Assembly: GCF_037042905.1 (NCBI RefSeq)
Contig: NC_087257.1
Span: 7,688,001 to 7,752,000 of the forward strand
DNA from: Lytechinus pictus
Lineage: Eukaryota
Direction of reading: 5' to 3'
DNA: 64,000 bases
The position numbers were made by a program, and so were the translations under genes. Under the pieces are notes generated by a model. It saw only the letters and a program-made list of their open reading frames with translations, searched no databases and was not told the origin of the DNA. This document shows positions 1 to 12,187 of the stretch, piece after piece; within the stretch, counting starts at the first letter, position 1, and each line of letters starts with the position of its first letter.

Positions 1-133
1 GAGATGGGGCTATATCAAAGATAGGTCAGGGGTCGTACATTTTATATCTCAACAATACCCCAGTAATTTAATCAAGATATGATGTCATCCTGAATTCTTG
101 CCCCTTAAAAAATAAAAATAAAAATAAAAATAA

Positions 134-172
<39 letters not shown>

Positions 173-507
173 AATATAGCCGGACGCCATCCATGTGCTA
201 CACATTATATCAATTCAACTCAATTCATGTACAGGACATTAATATTTCATTCGCTGCACCTACTTAAGGGATCTCTCGACATGCTCAAGGAAATATCATG
301 AGACAAGTGCTTAATATCAAGTAGCATCACTTCAATTTGGGGGCCAAATAGGGCTGTGAACAAGTTTGCAGGGACACTTGAGAAAATTTTCCTTTTTTTC
401 GGGGAGGGGGGGGGGCAGTGACTACGAAGTTTCCCAGGCAAAACCAAACGCATTTTTTAAATCCATTGCATTGTAAATTATATTAAAGATTTCATTAAAA
501 TAACGAA

Positions 508-1529
508 GTAGTAACATTACAAGTAGTAGTAGTAGTAGCAGTAGTAGTAGTAGTAGTATTATTAGTGTTAGTAGTAGTAGTAGCAGCAGTTTTATTGGTA
601 GTGGTATAGTAGTATTTGTAGTAGTAGTANNNNNNNNNNNNNNNNNNNNNNNNNNNNNNNNNNNNNNNNNNNNNNNNNNNNNNNNNNNNNNNNNNNNNNN
701 NNNNNNNNNNNNNNNNNNNNNNNNNNNNNNNNNNNNNNNNNNNNNNNNNNNNNNNNNNNNNNNNNNNNNNNNNNNNNNNNNNNNNNNNNNNNNNNNNNNN
801 NNNNNNNNAGTAGTATGGTAGCAGGGATGAATTCTCACTAATAATTCCCTGGTAGCATTTGTACTTGTACTTGTAGAAGAAGAAGAAGAAGGAGAAAATG
901 AAAAAAAGGAGGAGAAGAAGAAGAAGTAGTACTGCTTGTAGTAGTGGTAGTAGTAGTAGTAGTAGCATTGGCGGCGGAAGCCCAAAATTTTAGGGGGGGG
1001 TACCACCAACATTTTTGACGAGCAAAAAAAAAAAAAAAAGGTTATTAATTTTTTTTTTAGGGGGGATCGCCCCACCTCAAATTTAGGGGGGGGGGGGCAC
1101 GTCCCCCCCCCCCGCCTTTGAGTAGTCACTACTAGTAGTATAGAAAGGTGGAGCCAGCTGGATATGACAAAATGAATTTGTTGGGCCGACAATTGTGCAT
1201 TAATTATACTGCTCAGTGCTAATAATTTATTACATTCTACCTAGCTAAATTCGTCACTGATCGTAATAGTAGCAGTTGTAGTAGTCGTCCTCCTCCTCCT
1301 CGCCGTTGTCTTTGTCGAAGTAGCAGAAGCAGTAGTAGTAGTAGTAGTAATAGTATAGTAATAGTTGCAGTAGTAGTAGTAGCAGAAGCAGTAGTAGCAG
1401 CAGTAGTAGTAGTAGTAGTAGTAGTAGTAATAGTGTAGTAATAGTTGCAATAGTAGTAGTGGTGCTAACAATAGAAGTAGTAGTAATAGTAGTAGTAGAA
1501 GTAGTAGCAGCAGCAGCAGCAGCCGCAAC

Positions 1530-1573
<44 letters not shown>

Positions 1574-1641
1574 AAGTAGTAGTAGTAGATGTAGCAGTAG
1601 TATATGTAGTTGTAGTAGGAGTAGTAGTAGTAGTAGTAGTA

Positions 1642-1681
<40 letters not shown>

Positions 1682-1873
1682 GAGAAGAAGTAGCAGTAGA
1701 AGTAGAATTAGTAGTGGTAGTAGTAGTAGATGTAGTAGTAGAAGTATTATTATTATTATTATTAGAAGTAGTAGTAAGTGTAGTAGCAGTAGCAGTAGAA
1801 GTAATAGTAGTAGTAGTAGTAGTAGTAGTAGTAGAAGTAGTAGTAGTAGTAGTAATAGTAGTAGTAGTAGTAG
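508..1873. repeat. (TAG)n-dominated microsatellite field containing assembly gap 630-808
   Basis: Long imperfect gtagtagta runs plus (GAA)n; source of the poly-L/T/V/Y ORFs. Confidence 0.95.
966..1120. mobile_element. G-tract MITE (CA..TG termini, hAT-like) inserted in (TAG)n
   Basis: cattggcggcgg...cccgcctttg flanked by agtag on both sides (5-bp TSD). Confidence 0.6.
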
Positions 1874-2022
1874 CAGTGGCGTACCTAGGATTTTGCACAG
1901 GGGGGCAAAACCGTCCGCCAAAAAATTTGACAAGCAAAAAAATTAAAAAAAGGTCTTCAATCACAAATGAAGGATTTCGTACCAGAAAAAAAAATTGACA
2001 AGCAAAAAAAAAAAGAAAAAAG
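1874..2022 (+). mobile_element. Truncated hAT-like MITE, same family as 38045-38320
   Basis: cagtggcgtacctaggatttt...tttgacaagcaaaa matches the reverse complement of 38220-38320. Confidence 0.8.
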
Positions 2023-2444
2023 GAGCTTGTAGAAGTAGTGAGAATTTTTTAGTAAATGTTAAAGAAGTACATGTATAACAAATATAAGTAATAATAGCAG
2101 AAGCAGGAGTAGTAGCAGTAGTCAAATTAGTGATTTTTTTTTAAAGAATTACACTTTTAATGTGATTACATGAATTATCTATTACGTTAAGTTAACCCTC
2201 GATCTAAAGACTGAGCCATCGCACCTCCATGTATTTGGCAAATGAGTATTAAAATAAGCAGGAGCAACCAAGTATAAGATTTATACGGCAAATTAAAAAT
2301 CATTTCTGATTGTAATATAATACTAGTATTGCTTAGATGTAAATAAGGTACAACCTTATGTCTTTGTATGAATTTCAAAGCAAACATGATTGCAAACGTA
2401 ATAAACTTTTAAAAGTTGTCATACTCAAGCTACTGATAGCACCA

Positions 2445-2830
2445 ATAATAATAATGATAATAATAATAATGATAATAATGATGATAATTGTAGTAATAAT
2501 AGCAATACTAATGATAATGAAATAACAATGATAATAATAGTGAAGATAAAATTTAGAACATTAATAGTAATGATAATATTAAGAATATTAGTTATAATTG
2601 CAATAATAATGATAAGAAGAAGAAACAGAAGAAGAAGGAGGAGAAGAAGAAGAAGACGAAGAGGAAGAATAATAAGAAGAAGAACAAGAAGAAGTAAAAT
2701 CAAAATACATTTTACCCATGAACATATTAATGGATACTCATTTTACTCATATCAGAAGTAGAGGTAGAAGTGTATTATTATTATCATCAGCATTATCATT
2801 ATGATTATTATTATTATTATCATCATCATC
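2445..2830. repeat. (AAT/GAT)n, (GAA)n and (ATT/ATC)n low-complexity tract
   Basis: Visible trinucleotide runs. Confidence 0.9.
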
Positions 2831-3130
2831 GGTGTGGGCGCGTCGTGGTCTAGTGGTTCTGACTCTCGCCTTTCAAACAGAGGGTCGTTGGTTCGAATCC
2901 TAGCCATGGCGCTTTTTCCTTCAGCAAGAAATTTATCCACACTGTGCTGCACTCGACCCAGGTGAGGTAAATGGGTACTGGCAGGAAGTAATTCCTCAAA
3001 AAGCTGTGCGCACCAGAAACGGTAGACTAGCTTAGCCGGGGTAATATAGGAGCGCCTTGAGCACCTAGCAAGGTGGATACGTGCGCTATACAAATCCTAT
3101 ATTATATCATTGTTGTTATTATTATTATTA
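2831..3130 (+). mobile_element. tRNA-derived SINE
   Basis: A box tggtctagtgg, B box ggttcgaatcc, core gcaagaaatttatccac..gcactcgacccaggtg shared with 3708, tail gtgcgctatacaa+(att)n. Confidence 0.9.
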
Positions 3131-3707
3131 TTAGTGTGGCTCGTCAGTAGTAGTAGTAGTAGTAGTAGCAGCAGCAGTAGTACCTGTAGTAGTCTTGATA
3201 GAAAAAAACCCCATAAGAATAGGGAGGAGAAGGAAACGTACAATAAGATAAAGGTCACAGCAAACGAAAAGTAATCTTCTACTGGCTTAAGTGGGTTTTG
3301 TCTGTTTTTGTTTTGTTTTTTATTTATTTCTTTCATTTATTTTTTGGGGGGGTTGGAATTAGAACAGGTTATTATTCTGCAAATTCTGAATTATTACAGC
3401 ATTATGATATTTCCGTCACGTGCATTATGTTTGGAGCTTTTTTATAGAATGATAGACAGGAATATATACGCGACAGACAATATCAAACAAGAAATTATTG
3501 CCCCAATAATAAATAATAAAAGAAAATGGAAAGAAAGGGGATTTTACTTTAATTTGTATGATAATGTGATCAGTCGTAATAATCCTTCGCTGGCATCTTA
3601 AGCTTTCATTTGTGATTATATCAGGCCAGACAGACAGAAATAGGATCCATAAGATTTGGGCCATAAGTAACTCTCTCCAGTATACTATTATAGAATTATC
3701 TATTTGT

Positions 3708-4025
3708 GTGGAGCGTTGTGGCCCAGTGGATTAGTCTCCGGACTTTGAAACAGAGGGTTGTGGGTTCGAATCCCAGCCATGGCGTAATTTCCTTCGGCAA
3801 GAAATTTATCCACATTGTGCTGCACTCAACCCAGGTGATGTGAATGGGTACCTGGCAGGAATTTATACCTTGAAATGCGTGTGCGCTGTAATCTTAGTAA
3901 TTACGGCTGCCAAGCTACAGCTGGGGTAATAATATCCAAGTCCTTTGGAAGCGCATAGAGACATTATTCATAATTGTGATATGCGCTATACAAGAACTGT
4001 TTATTATTATTATTATTATTATTAT
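3708..4025 (+). mobile_element. tRNA-derived SINE
   Basis: A box tggcccagtgg, B box ggttcgaatcc, same core, tail atgcgctatacaa+(tta)n. Confidence 0.9.
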
Positions 4026-4221
4026 TTCTTTTCGTTTATCATGAAGTCGGAAACTAAAAGTACAAACAAAAGAATCACATCTACCCGGTCACCTTTAGTA
4101 AAATATTGGGATTTATGGGATGTGGAAAGTTCATTTAAGTTCCTATATATTGTTTTAGATCGTGTTTTGTCACGTTCAAATTAGCAACATCCAAGTTTAC
4201 CTTTATAGTTAACCTACTTAT

Positions 4222-4720
4222 ATTACCCCTAAAAACGCCGGGGGGGGGGGGGGAATCAACCCCCTCGATATTTCTCCCTACCATACCGCCACGCGATTTT
4301 CTTTCGACCGCGCCGCTCGTCGACTCTTTACACAAATTTGGCGAAAAGGGGTAACAAAAATTACATAACATAACTCATAAAACAATAAGATTCATAAGAA
4401 AATGATTTTTACACTTTTTTTTCCAACGCAGTAGTTAGAATACTTAGAAATGCTACAAAGAATATTTTGAAGCAAAATAAGCACTCTTGGAGCTTTACTA
4501 AGCGAATATTAGCGAAAAGTATGACTTATGCTTAAATTCGTATTATATATTCATATCAAATGAAATGTAACTATTTCGGGTAAAAAAGCATTACAACCTT
4601 GTAGTAGATTACATCGCACCCTCATGCAAATTTTCGCGGCGCTTGTGCGGTCGAGATCTCAAGGGGGTGGGGGGGGGGGAGGGGCTTGCTTCAACCCCCA
4701 CTCCTGTTGAACAACAGCCA
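4222..4720. mobile_element. Degraded MITE with G-tract ends (piggyBac-like?)
   Basis: cccctaaaaacgccggggg...aatcaaccccc start and ggggg..ttcaaccccc end motif; TSD not clear. Confidence 0.45.
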
Positions 4721-5301
4721 AAATGCCTGCTTAGAATCAAATATATCGTGTGGGAGGATTTGGGAGACTTTTTTAAAGTTGTGTATACGATGCAAGAGAA
4801 TAATCATGAGAAATAAGATATATGGGGGGGGGGGGCGCAATAAATATATAAGCCCATCATTTCATTTTTCTCCAAAATTGAATGAAATCCGGGAAAGAGA
4901 TTCGAATCTAATAAATTTTGATTTCTCTATTCGTTCTTTCCATTGTCAATCAAAAGCAAGAAGAAACAGATTTTCGAAGCTAATATTAAGATTCGGTAAA
5001 TCCCCGATAGGGCATGCTAATACTCCGATCAATTACTGGATTATATGAATGTGTGTGTCCTGTAAATATATATATGTGTGTGTGAGTGTGTTGTTTGATA
5101 AAGTTTGCAGTTTGCGATTCTAAATGGAAAAATATTATTTGTCATTTAAAAATATGATATAACAGCCAGTAGAACTATTATTAGTATAGTAAAAGATCCA
5201 GGAGCAGTTACAACAATATCAGGAGCAATAGAAGGGTAGTACATACAAAAAAAAAACCAAGGAATAGTAGGCATAATAGAAGAAATAGAAGTGGGAATGG
5301 A

Positions 5302-5575
5302 AGCAGTAGTAGAAGTAGTAGTAGTAGTAGTAGTGGTGGTGGTGGTGGTGGTGGTAGTAGTAGTAGTAGTAGTGGTGGAGGTNNNNNNNNNNNNNNNNNN
5401 NNNNNNNNNNNNNNNNNNNNNNNNNNNNNNNNNNNNNNNNNNNNNNNNNNNNNNNNNNNNNNNNNNNNNNNNNNNNNNNNNNNNNNNNNNNNNNNNNNNN
5501 NNNNNNNNNNNNNNNNNNNNNNNNNNNNNNNNNNNNNNNNNNNNNNNNNNNNNNNNNNGTTGTAGCAGTGGTAGG
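5302..5575. repeat. (TAG/TGG)n microsatellite with assembly gap 5383-5558
   Basis: Visible repeats flanking an N-run. Confidence 0.9.
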
Positions 5576-6309
5576 GGTATTCTGTATCATTATTAGGAGA
5601 GAACAGACACAAAAAACGTAAAACATGCTATCCATGCGCTTGCGCCAAACATAGTCACCATTATACAGTATATAGCAATCATGGCGTTATTTCATTTAAT
5701 GTTCAAACAAAGAAATTAACGTGTTTGTGCCTACAATTTCTTTTATCTCATACCTTCCGCCAATGTAAAAAAGCGCCATCTAAATAGTACATCGAGGAGG
5801 GTGGGGGATATATATAAAGCCCTTTCTTTTCTCCCTTTTTATAGTACATGAATGCATCTTCAGATACGTTCGACTTCGCACGTATCTGATCGTTGCTGAT
5901 TGACCTCGGTTTCTTTCCCGCGATTTTTTTAAGTGGACAGTGGAACTATTCACATATTACGCCGTGGCTCATTGTGATCTCTTTTTTTCTGTGCTTATCT
6001 TTTTACGCACTTGCCAAGTTCTTTTTTACCCGGTATGTTTAACCAGGGTGGCTGAACATTATAAACTGTTTACAATATCACCGTACAGTGTACTAGTACT
6101 TTAACTCGAATACATGAAAGAAATCTTACCTACTATCAACCTTGCAATGATTACAATGATGTAAATCTATTTGACCTTAAGGACATTGATCTCCATCGTT
6201 TCTGTCTGTCCATTGATTAATAAAACGAAAAAAGACATCACATTCAAAGATGGCTTACACGATCTTTAAGATCTGTGTAGAATTTTACGAGTCATCATGC
6301 CATCATCGT

Positions 6310-6900
6310 TTCAATGTCAATGTCCTCAAGAAAATGGCAACATACGGCAAACCCCTGACATTCCTGGGTTTATTAACCTCAGTTAATTTCTTCTTCTAGA
6401 TCATGGTCCTGTGACCGATGAACCTGACGAAGATAATTTATATCCCGATCACATTATTAAAGACATTAGATTGGGCGGAACGTACACGGTCGCTAAAACA
6501 GCAGAATGAGACACATTGGCATTTGAACGAGCCTCCGAGGGTTTGTGCATGCATCTTGTGAAAACTATCGGCTGTTCATACCCAAAATTACATAGATGAA
6601 TTACATAGCAACAGATGGATGGATGGTTCAACAAATATGGCGATGGTAATTATGTTTATTTAATTCATTCTGGAACACCCACCCGAACCACCGTACACAT
6701 GGTACATTCAAACGCAGACCATTGCAGAATGCTGACCTGGAAAAACCCCAATAATTTGGTTCCCAATTTATTGATGCTCTGTAACTTGGAGAGTACATGG
6801 TATTCATGGATTTCGCATTAATAACTGATGAATATCAGGGTTCATCGCATTACTAACATGGTTATCGAGCCGATACTGCTGGAATTGACCTACAATGGCT
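6310..6900 (+). pseudogene. Eroded pogo/Tigger-like transposase fossil
   Basis: Ordered motifs across frameshifts: KMATYGKPLT (~MA.xG.PLT), YGDGNYV (~A.G.Y.PP), LLMLCNLES (~LLILDNHxSH). Confidence 0.5.
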
Positions 6901-7429
6901 TACTATTGAGGAGGGGGGGGGGGTGGCTTTCTGGTTTGCTAGAGCCAAACCGGTAGTTCTAATACAGGGGGTGACTTAGTCAAATTTCTTTGATAAACAT
7001 ATTTGTTAACATGGTTAATATTGGTATTTTGTTCCAACTATTGATGGAATCAGTATTTGACTTTTTAAAAATAATGTGTTAAACCATGCTGTTTCTCCAA
7101 AGAACTGCATACAACCTTCGCCGAACGCCAGTCGAAAAGAGTATTAACAGTAAGTGTGAAAAAAAAATCACAAAATCAAACTGTAAGGAGAGAATTTGTA
7201 TAACGTTTTGTAGTCAATATTTAATTTGATCCCACCGGAAGATTTTTCCAAGTGTCTGAACCGATCTCGTATTCCTTCATCAAAACGAAATCCTAACCAG
7301 ATGCAATGAGCCGACATAAAGAAGCCTTTGGATCATAACAACACACGGTTGATATTTAGTAACATAGATTGAAGTCATAAACACAGATTGCCTTGGACGG
7401 AATCCCTTTCATACTATATTGACTTTTGC

Positions 7430-7750
7430 GTCTACCCTTTCAGTCGCATCACTTGAAGGGGCAGATGCTGAAGTTCAACGCGACATGCCCAACCTATCGA
7501 ATGTCCAGGTCTAGACTGTCATCTCTTGGAAATCTTAGAATGGTTTTGTTAATGGTATCAATCGCGCCGATGCGACTTTCCCATGGTTTTCCTTGTCTTG
7601 CTGGTGGCTACGAATAAGATTACTTGCAGGGGTTGTAGAAGATTTTTTGTAGTTGGGGAGGGGCCATGTGCAGGATCTTGGGATCTTCTTTGCTGTATGG
7701 AAACTGCTATTGTTGGTGGTTTTCACAGAATCTGATTTCAGTTTGTAAAA
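7430..7750 (-). pseudogene. pogo-like transposase fossil (third catalytic D region)
   Basis: NLLQPLQVILF at ~7612-7644 (~HLLQPLDVxVF). Confidence 0.6.
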
Positions 7751-8369
7751 TAAAGGTGTATGTATCAAGGGGGGGGGGGGGGAGGGGCGTTCATATGAAG
7801 TATTATAATATCACTGCTTTATAGCCTACATGCATTCATTAAGAATGGTAAGGGATAATTCGTTTCGTTTTTCAAACTTTAATTAAGGAAATGTACATGG
7901 AAACAGAAACGAAAAAAAGAGTCAAACTTACTGATATTAGAACTGTGGCTAAAAGTGAGAGGATATTTTGAATAATGTTTTTAAAGTCACCACAAAGCAG
8001 AAACTTGGTTTAATAAACAATTCTTCTTGTCAGTTCTTTGTTCAAATCTTAATGAACATTTCTTGCCTACATTTTGTTATTTCTCACAAAACGATGGAGC
8101 TGGATCCGAGCAATAACATTCAACCAAAGTTAAAGTTACCACACAGGAAAAAAAAAATATCGACATAACCTTTACGTTCCTGGCGATCTTATCTTACCGG
8201 CAAAATAAACGTACAAAAGAACATAGAAATATCACGTAACATTGCAGCATATGAAAAAATGAATCCAATATAATTTTGTTACAAAAATAGGAATAATTCA
8301 TGCTGAAATTATGATAAGTTATTTCAGGCCTGGATGATAGACTAATAGGTTTTTTCTTTAAGTTTAACA

Positions 8370-9566
8370 TCATACCCTACTTTCGACTACAGTCCCATTC
8401 CCAACCTCGTTCATGATATCATCAGTTCTATCATGCACCCACTCTGAGGTGTTGAAGACCTGCTGCACCCTCGCAGCCTTCTTGAACAACACCTTCAGGG
8501 CGTGCCGAAACTCTGGGTTCCTGGCTGTATATATGAAGGGGTTGGCACAAGAATTAACATAGGCCAGGAGGATAAACGCCATGTAGAGCCGGCTGTGGAG
8601 GAAGTCCTCGTCAAGTATACCGATACTGTAAAAGAGATAACACAGCTGGTCCGGAGTCCAGCAGATTATGAACGTCATTACCACGACAAAGAGCATTTGA
8701 AGGACCCTTTCCCGCGCTTGAAGCAGATTGAGGGTTATCCTTGAGGAATCCATGCGATTGTCTTTGAGGGCACGTGCCTCGGTGTGTAACTCCCGTATCG
8801 TCCTGACGTGCGCGAAGAGCATGATGCCAATCGGGATGACGTATTCGGTGATGAACAGGAGAACACCTTGCATCATCTTACCAATATGGTTCGGAAAATG
8901 GACGACACAAACGCACGATACTGGATGCACCATGTTGACAACGAAGCTACCTATGTTCACGCTAAATGCTAGCACCCATATAGGAATGAAGACATACTTG
9001 ATACGGGAAGGGGTTATCTTTGCACGATATACGAACGGGTAGACGATAGCGAAAAAGCGTTCGAGCGATATCATGCATAGAGTGTACATCGACGCTATGA
9101 ATGGAATCCAAACGAGAACATTGGAGAAGACAAACTTACAGTAGATGTTACCCAACCAATTGTTCGACAACCTGGATGCACTAGGGATTGGCGTGAAGAA
9201 CACGGAACATAGAAGATCAGCTACTGCCAGTCCTGCTATCAGCCGGTCTGTACCGCGCACACTCTGCGACTTACTGTGTATTATAATCACCAACGAGTTT
9301 CCCATGATCCCAGCAAGGGTCAGACTCAGTCGAAGGATATTGAACCAATTCCAAACAACCGGCGCCCACTTCCAAGCTTCACCAAACTCTGGACAGGAAG
9401 CATTAGCCCCTCGGTTGATCACAACGGATGGACTTGTCCCACCTACATCATACACCAACACTCCTAAACCTTGATTGTCTTGGGTAGAAGTGCTTCCACC
9501 TATTAGTCTGTACGTTGCGTTCATGTCGAACGAGTGGACACCCGGCTCGTATTGATTAAGCGACAT
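8370..9566 (-). CDS. Intronless class A (rhodopsin-like) GPCR, ~398 aa, peptide-receptor-like (galanin/allatostatin-A receptor-like); probably one of the expanded echinoderm GPCRs
   Basis: Seven hydrophobic segments with GN (TM1), LAVAD (TM2), C3.25 and ERF (DRY variant), W4.50, YVIP (TM5), CWTP (TM6), NSCANPFIY (TM7) and helix 8 EFRHAL. N-terminal N-glycosylation sequons (NAT, NAS). The ORF-track start at 9623 is a GTG; the first ATG is at 9566 with A at -3. Confidence 0.95.
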   Translation of the reverse strand: MSLNQYEPGVHSFDMNATYRLIGGSTSTQDNQGLGVLVYDVGGTSPSVVINRGANASCPEFGEAWKWAPVVWNWFNILRLSLTLAGIMGNSLVIIIHSKSQSVRGTDRLIAGLAVADLLCSVFFTPIPSASRLSNNWLGNIYCKFVFSNVLVWIPFIASMYTLCMISLERFFAIVYPFVYRAKITPSRIKYVFIPIWVLAFSVNIGSFVVNMVHPVSCVCVVHFPNHIGKMMQGVLLFITEYVIPIGIMLFAHVRTIRELHTEARALKDNRMDSSRITLNLLQARERVLQMLFVVVMTFIICWTPDQLCYLFYSIGILDEDFLHSRLYMAFILLAYVNSCANPFIYTARNPEFRHALKVLFKKAARVQQVFNTSEWVHDRTDDIMNEVGNGTVVESRV

Positions 9567-10399
9567 TGTGCTGTTGTGGGACGAGTTGACTATCCAGATA
9601 AAACTTCTCGTCTTACAAAGCACCGAGCTGACGATTGGAGCAGATTTCCTGCGAATGTCGGATGTTGTCGCGCACCTCCTCTTTTAAAGTATATTTCCAA
9701 TTAATCCGTTTTGTTAAATAAACGGCTTCAAAAGCACTTTTCAACAAAAGTTATATCTTAGTTGGTAATAAGCATTCATAATCCTTGTCACTGAACGTTA
9801 AGCATTAAAATTGTACTTGTGTCTGACAAGACGACCGTTTGTCTAAGATGTAATTATCAAAAGCATCGCCACATGCTTCCAAAACGCGAAAATAACTCAT
9901 TGACATTCATGAATTTTCATTGCAAATTTATCAAAAAGACATATTTGAAAGGTAACCTTTTACAAATCTTCAAAACTCCGCAGTGATTATGACAGCTAGA
10001 TTTTACCCATTTTCATGAATAAAACAGATAAACTGATGCGTATTCCAATTCTAAGCTTGATTTAGCTCGATGAAGAAAACAGCCGCGTCTGTGATCAACT
10101 CAATAGAAACAAATGTAACACACCAACGCCAAGTCGAAGAAAGTAATTTGAAGCGCTATAGTAAGCTTTGGTCTTCTTTTTACTGGGAATAAACGGCAAG
10201 ACATGCTGAAAATCAGTCAATAGCTTTCCATATACAAATACAAATCCGTCTGAAAGTCTTTTGGTAAATCCACAAAGTTATCACAGCCTCAAAAACACGG
10301 CTTAAGCGTTGCCGCCGCTCGTTCGTTTCCTTGATTTTGCAGTCGTTTATTAGTTGTTAAGATTTCGTTAAGTCACATTTCGCCCTTCTGAAAAATAAA

Positions 10400-10760
10400 T
10401 ACCGCGTCGTAGCGAATCGAGTTAACTCCACATTCAAATGTGATCAAAGCGGAGAGAATCATTCAATTAGAGCAAACGGAGAATGAGATTAGCCTTCGCT
10501 GTTGTCATCGCAGACGATATTTGAAGACAGACGGCACTTCTCTCATTAAAAAATCGCGCGAAAGAGCTCTGCCCATGTGGAGCCTGCAGGCATCAGAATG
10601 AATTGTGAGAGGCGAAAGATCCCTGCGATGATACGCAGTCGCGTATAGTCTTCCGGCGCGGCTACTTTTGGAAAGAGAATACTCAGACGATTACGATATC
10701 TTTGGTTCATGATCACGCCTCGATCGCATTTTCTGGGCTTTGTCAAACCCCCGATTTGTC
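10400..10760 (-). pseudogene. pogo-like transposase fossil (second D region)
   Basis: FILMPAGST..ELF (~LILDxHxSH..E); nucleotide similarity to 19190-19260. Confidence 0.4.
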
Positions 10761-11199
10761 ACCTAACGTAAACAAATGTCACTCGATGGAATAATTTCGT
10801 CTGCCCCCCCCCCTGCTTTCTGGACGTATTCTTCTGCCCTCACATTCCTGAATGCTTGTACACCGAATCTGCAATTTTCAAGATATAGCAGCCAATCCTG
10901 TTGTCATCGATGAATCTCCAAGACAAAATGATTTGTGTCCATAACAAAATATATCGTCCAATTAGTGAGGGCGATCACTCATTAATTCTTCCTTCCAAGA
11001 ATAGGAATCCGGATACACTGTTAGGTATTGCAAAATATTTACTATAACTGTCCAGTTGACTGCAATCCCTCGCCAGGCTTGAATGCTGTCGTTGACAAAT
11101 ATCTGTATCGGGTATTCAGTATTGGAAAAGAGAGAGATAGAGAGGGGAGGAAGAGAGACAGAAAGGAAGAGGGAGAGAAGGGAGAAGGGGAAAACAAAA

Positions 11200-11400
11200 A
11201 TATGATATATAAGTTCACGTTTTTGGAAAAGACTTGGCCATCATCCAATGCTAACATCCTACAGTCCAATGTCAATTGTACAGTCGGCATAACATTTCAC
11301 TACACTTTAAATAGTTTAGCCATTCTGTCATTTTTCCACGAAGTAGGGTTCTATTTCCTTGTGGTTCGTACCCATGTGGTGAAGTATTTAATAAATGCAA
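11200..11400 (+). pseudogene. pogo-like transposase fossil
   Basis: WPSSNANILQSNVNCTVG (~LPPxTTHILQPLDxxVFG). Confidence 0.45.
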
Positions 11401-12187
11401 ACATCTATTTCTTTTCATTTCCGGGAATGTATATTTAGATTTCCTCATCGTGAATTACTTTACTTACAGACACTCGTAAAGAAATAAATCTGTATAAGTA
11501 GTCTTATAGTAGAAGGCTGAATTTATGAACATTGTAAGAAAATCAACTTCATAAACAATATATTTTAAGAAAGATTTTCGTACTTATACAGTTCACAACA
11601 GTATAATTAGAAGAAAATTCAACAAAGATGATTTAACGTGATGTATTCCTAGCATACATCAGTCCCATTTTGGAAAATAAAGATCGATCTACATTGAAAA
11701 TAAATTCCTAGGATTGCTAAAAAAAAAAAAATTAAAATGCACAACACTTTGAATATAACACAACGCAGATTACACATTCATTTTTTTTTCTTTTCATATT
11801 TCTATTAAAAGAAATACTTTGTGTTGCCCAGTTACTTCAAACGTTAATTAGACAATATGACAGTTGCGTTACAGGACGAGAAATTTCACACAAACGCTAA
11901 ATACGTCAATAATATGGAACAAAACTGATCAACCATATCCATTCTTCTTCCGCGCATGCGTCAACGATACCGTTGTCTGTCTTCTGCATTTTTAGGTCGT
12001 TATTCAGAAAAAAATAGGGTAAGGAACAAGGCAACGCAACCCTCGTCTAAATTTAGTAAATCACATACATGAAAAAAAATGTGTATGCTCGATTGAATTC
12101 TACAGTGCGTCCCACAAAAAACGAAACCGAGATTTATCGATGATATATTATAACTTAATCACAAGTACTGTAGACAAATGACCTACC

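Noticed and set aside
2836-3790. tRNA genes (Glu/Gln-like anticodon loops)
   Set aside because: No acceptor stem; they continue into SINE core and tail.
422-5635. Long ORFs rich in L/T/V/Y/R
   Set aside because: Translations of trinucleotide microsatellites and N-gaps.
5861-5888. Hairpin cagatacgt...acgtatctg
   Set aside because: Single short IR with no context; could be chance.
8502-9474. Plus-strand ORFs overlapping the GPCR
   Set aside because: Antisense shadows of the real CDS with no recognisable motifs.
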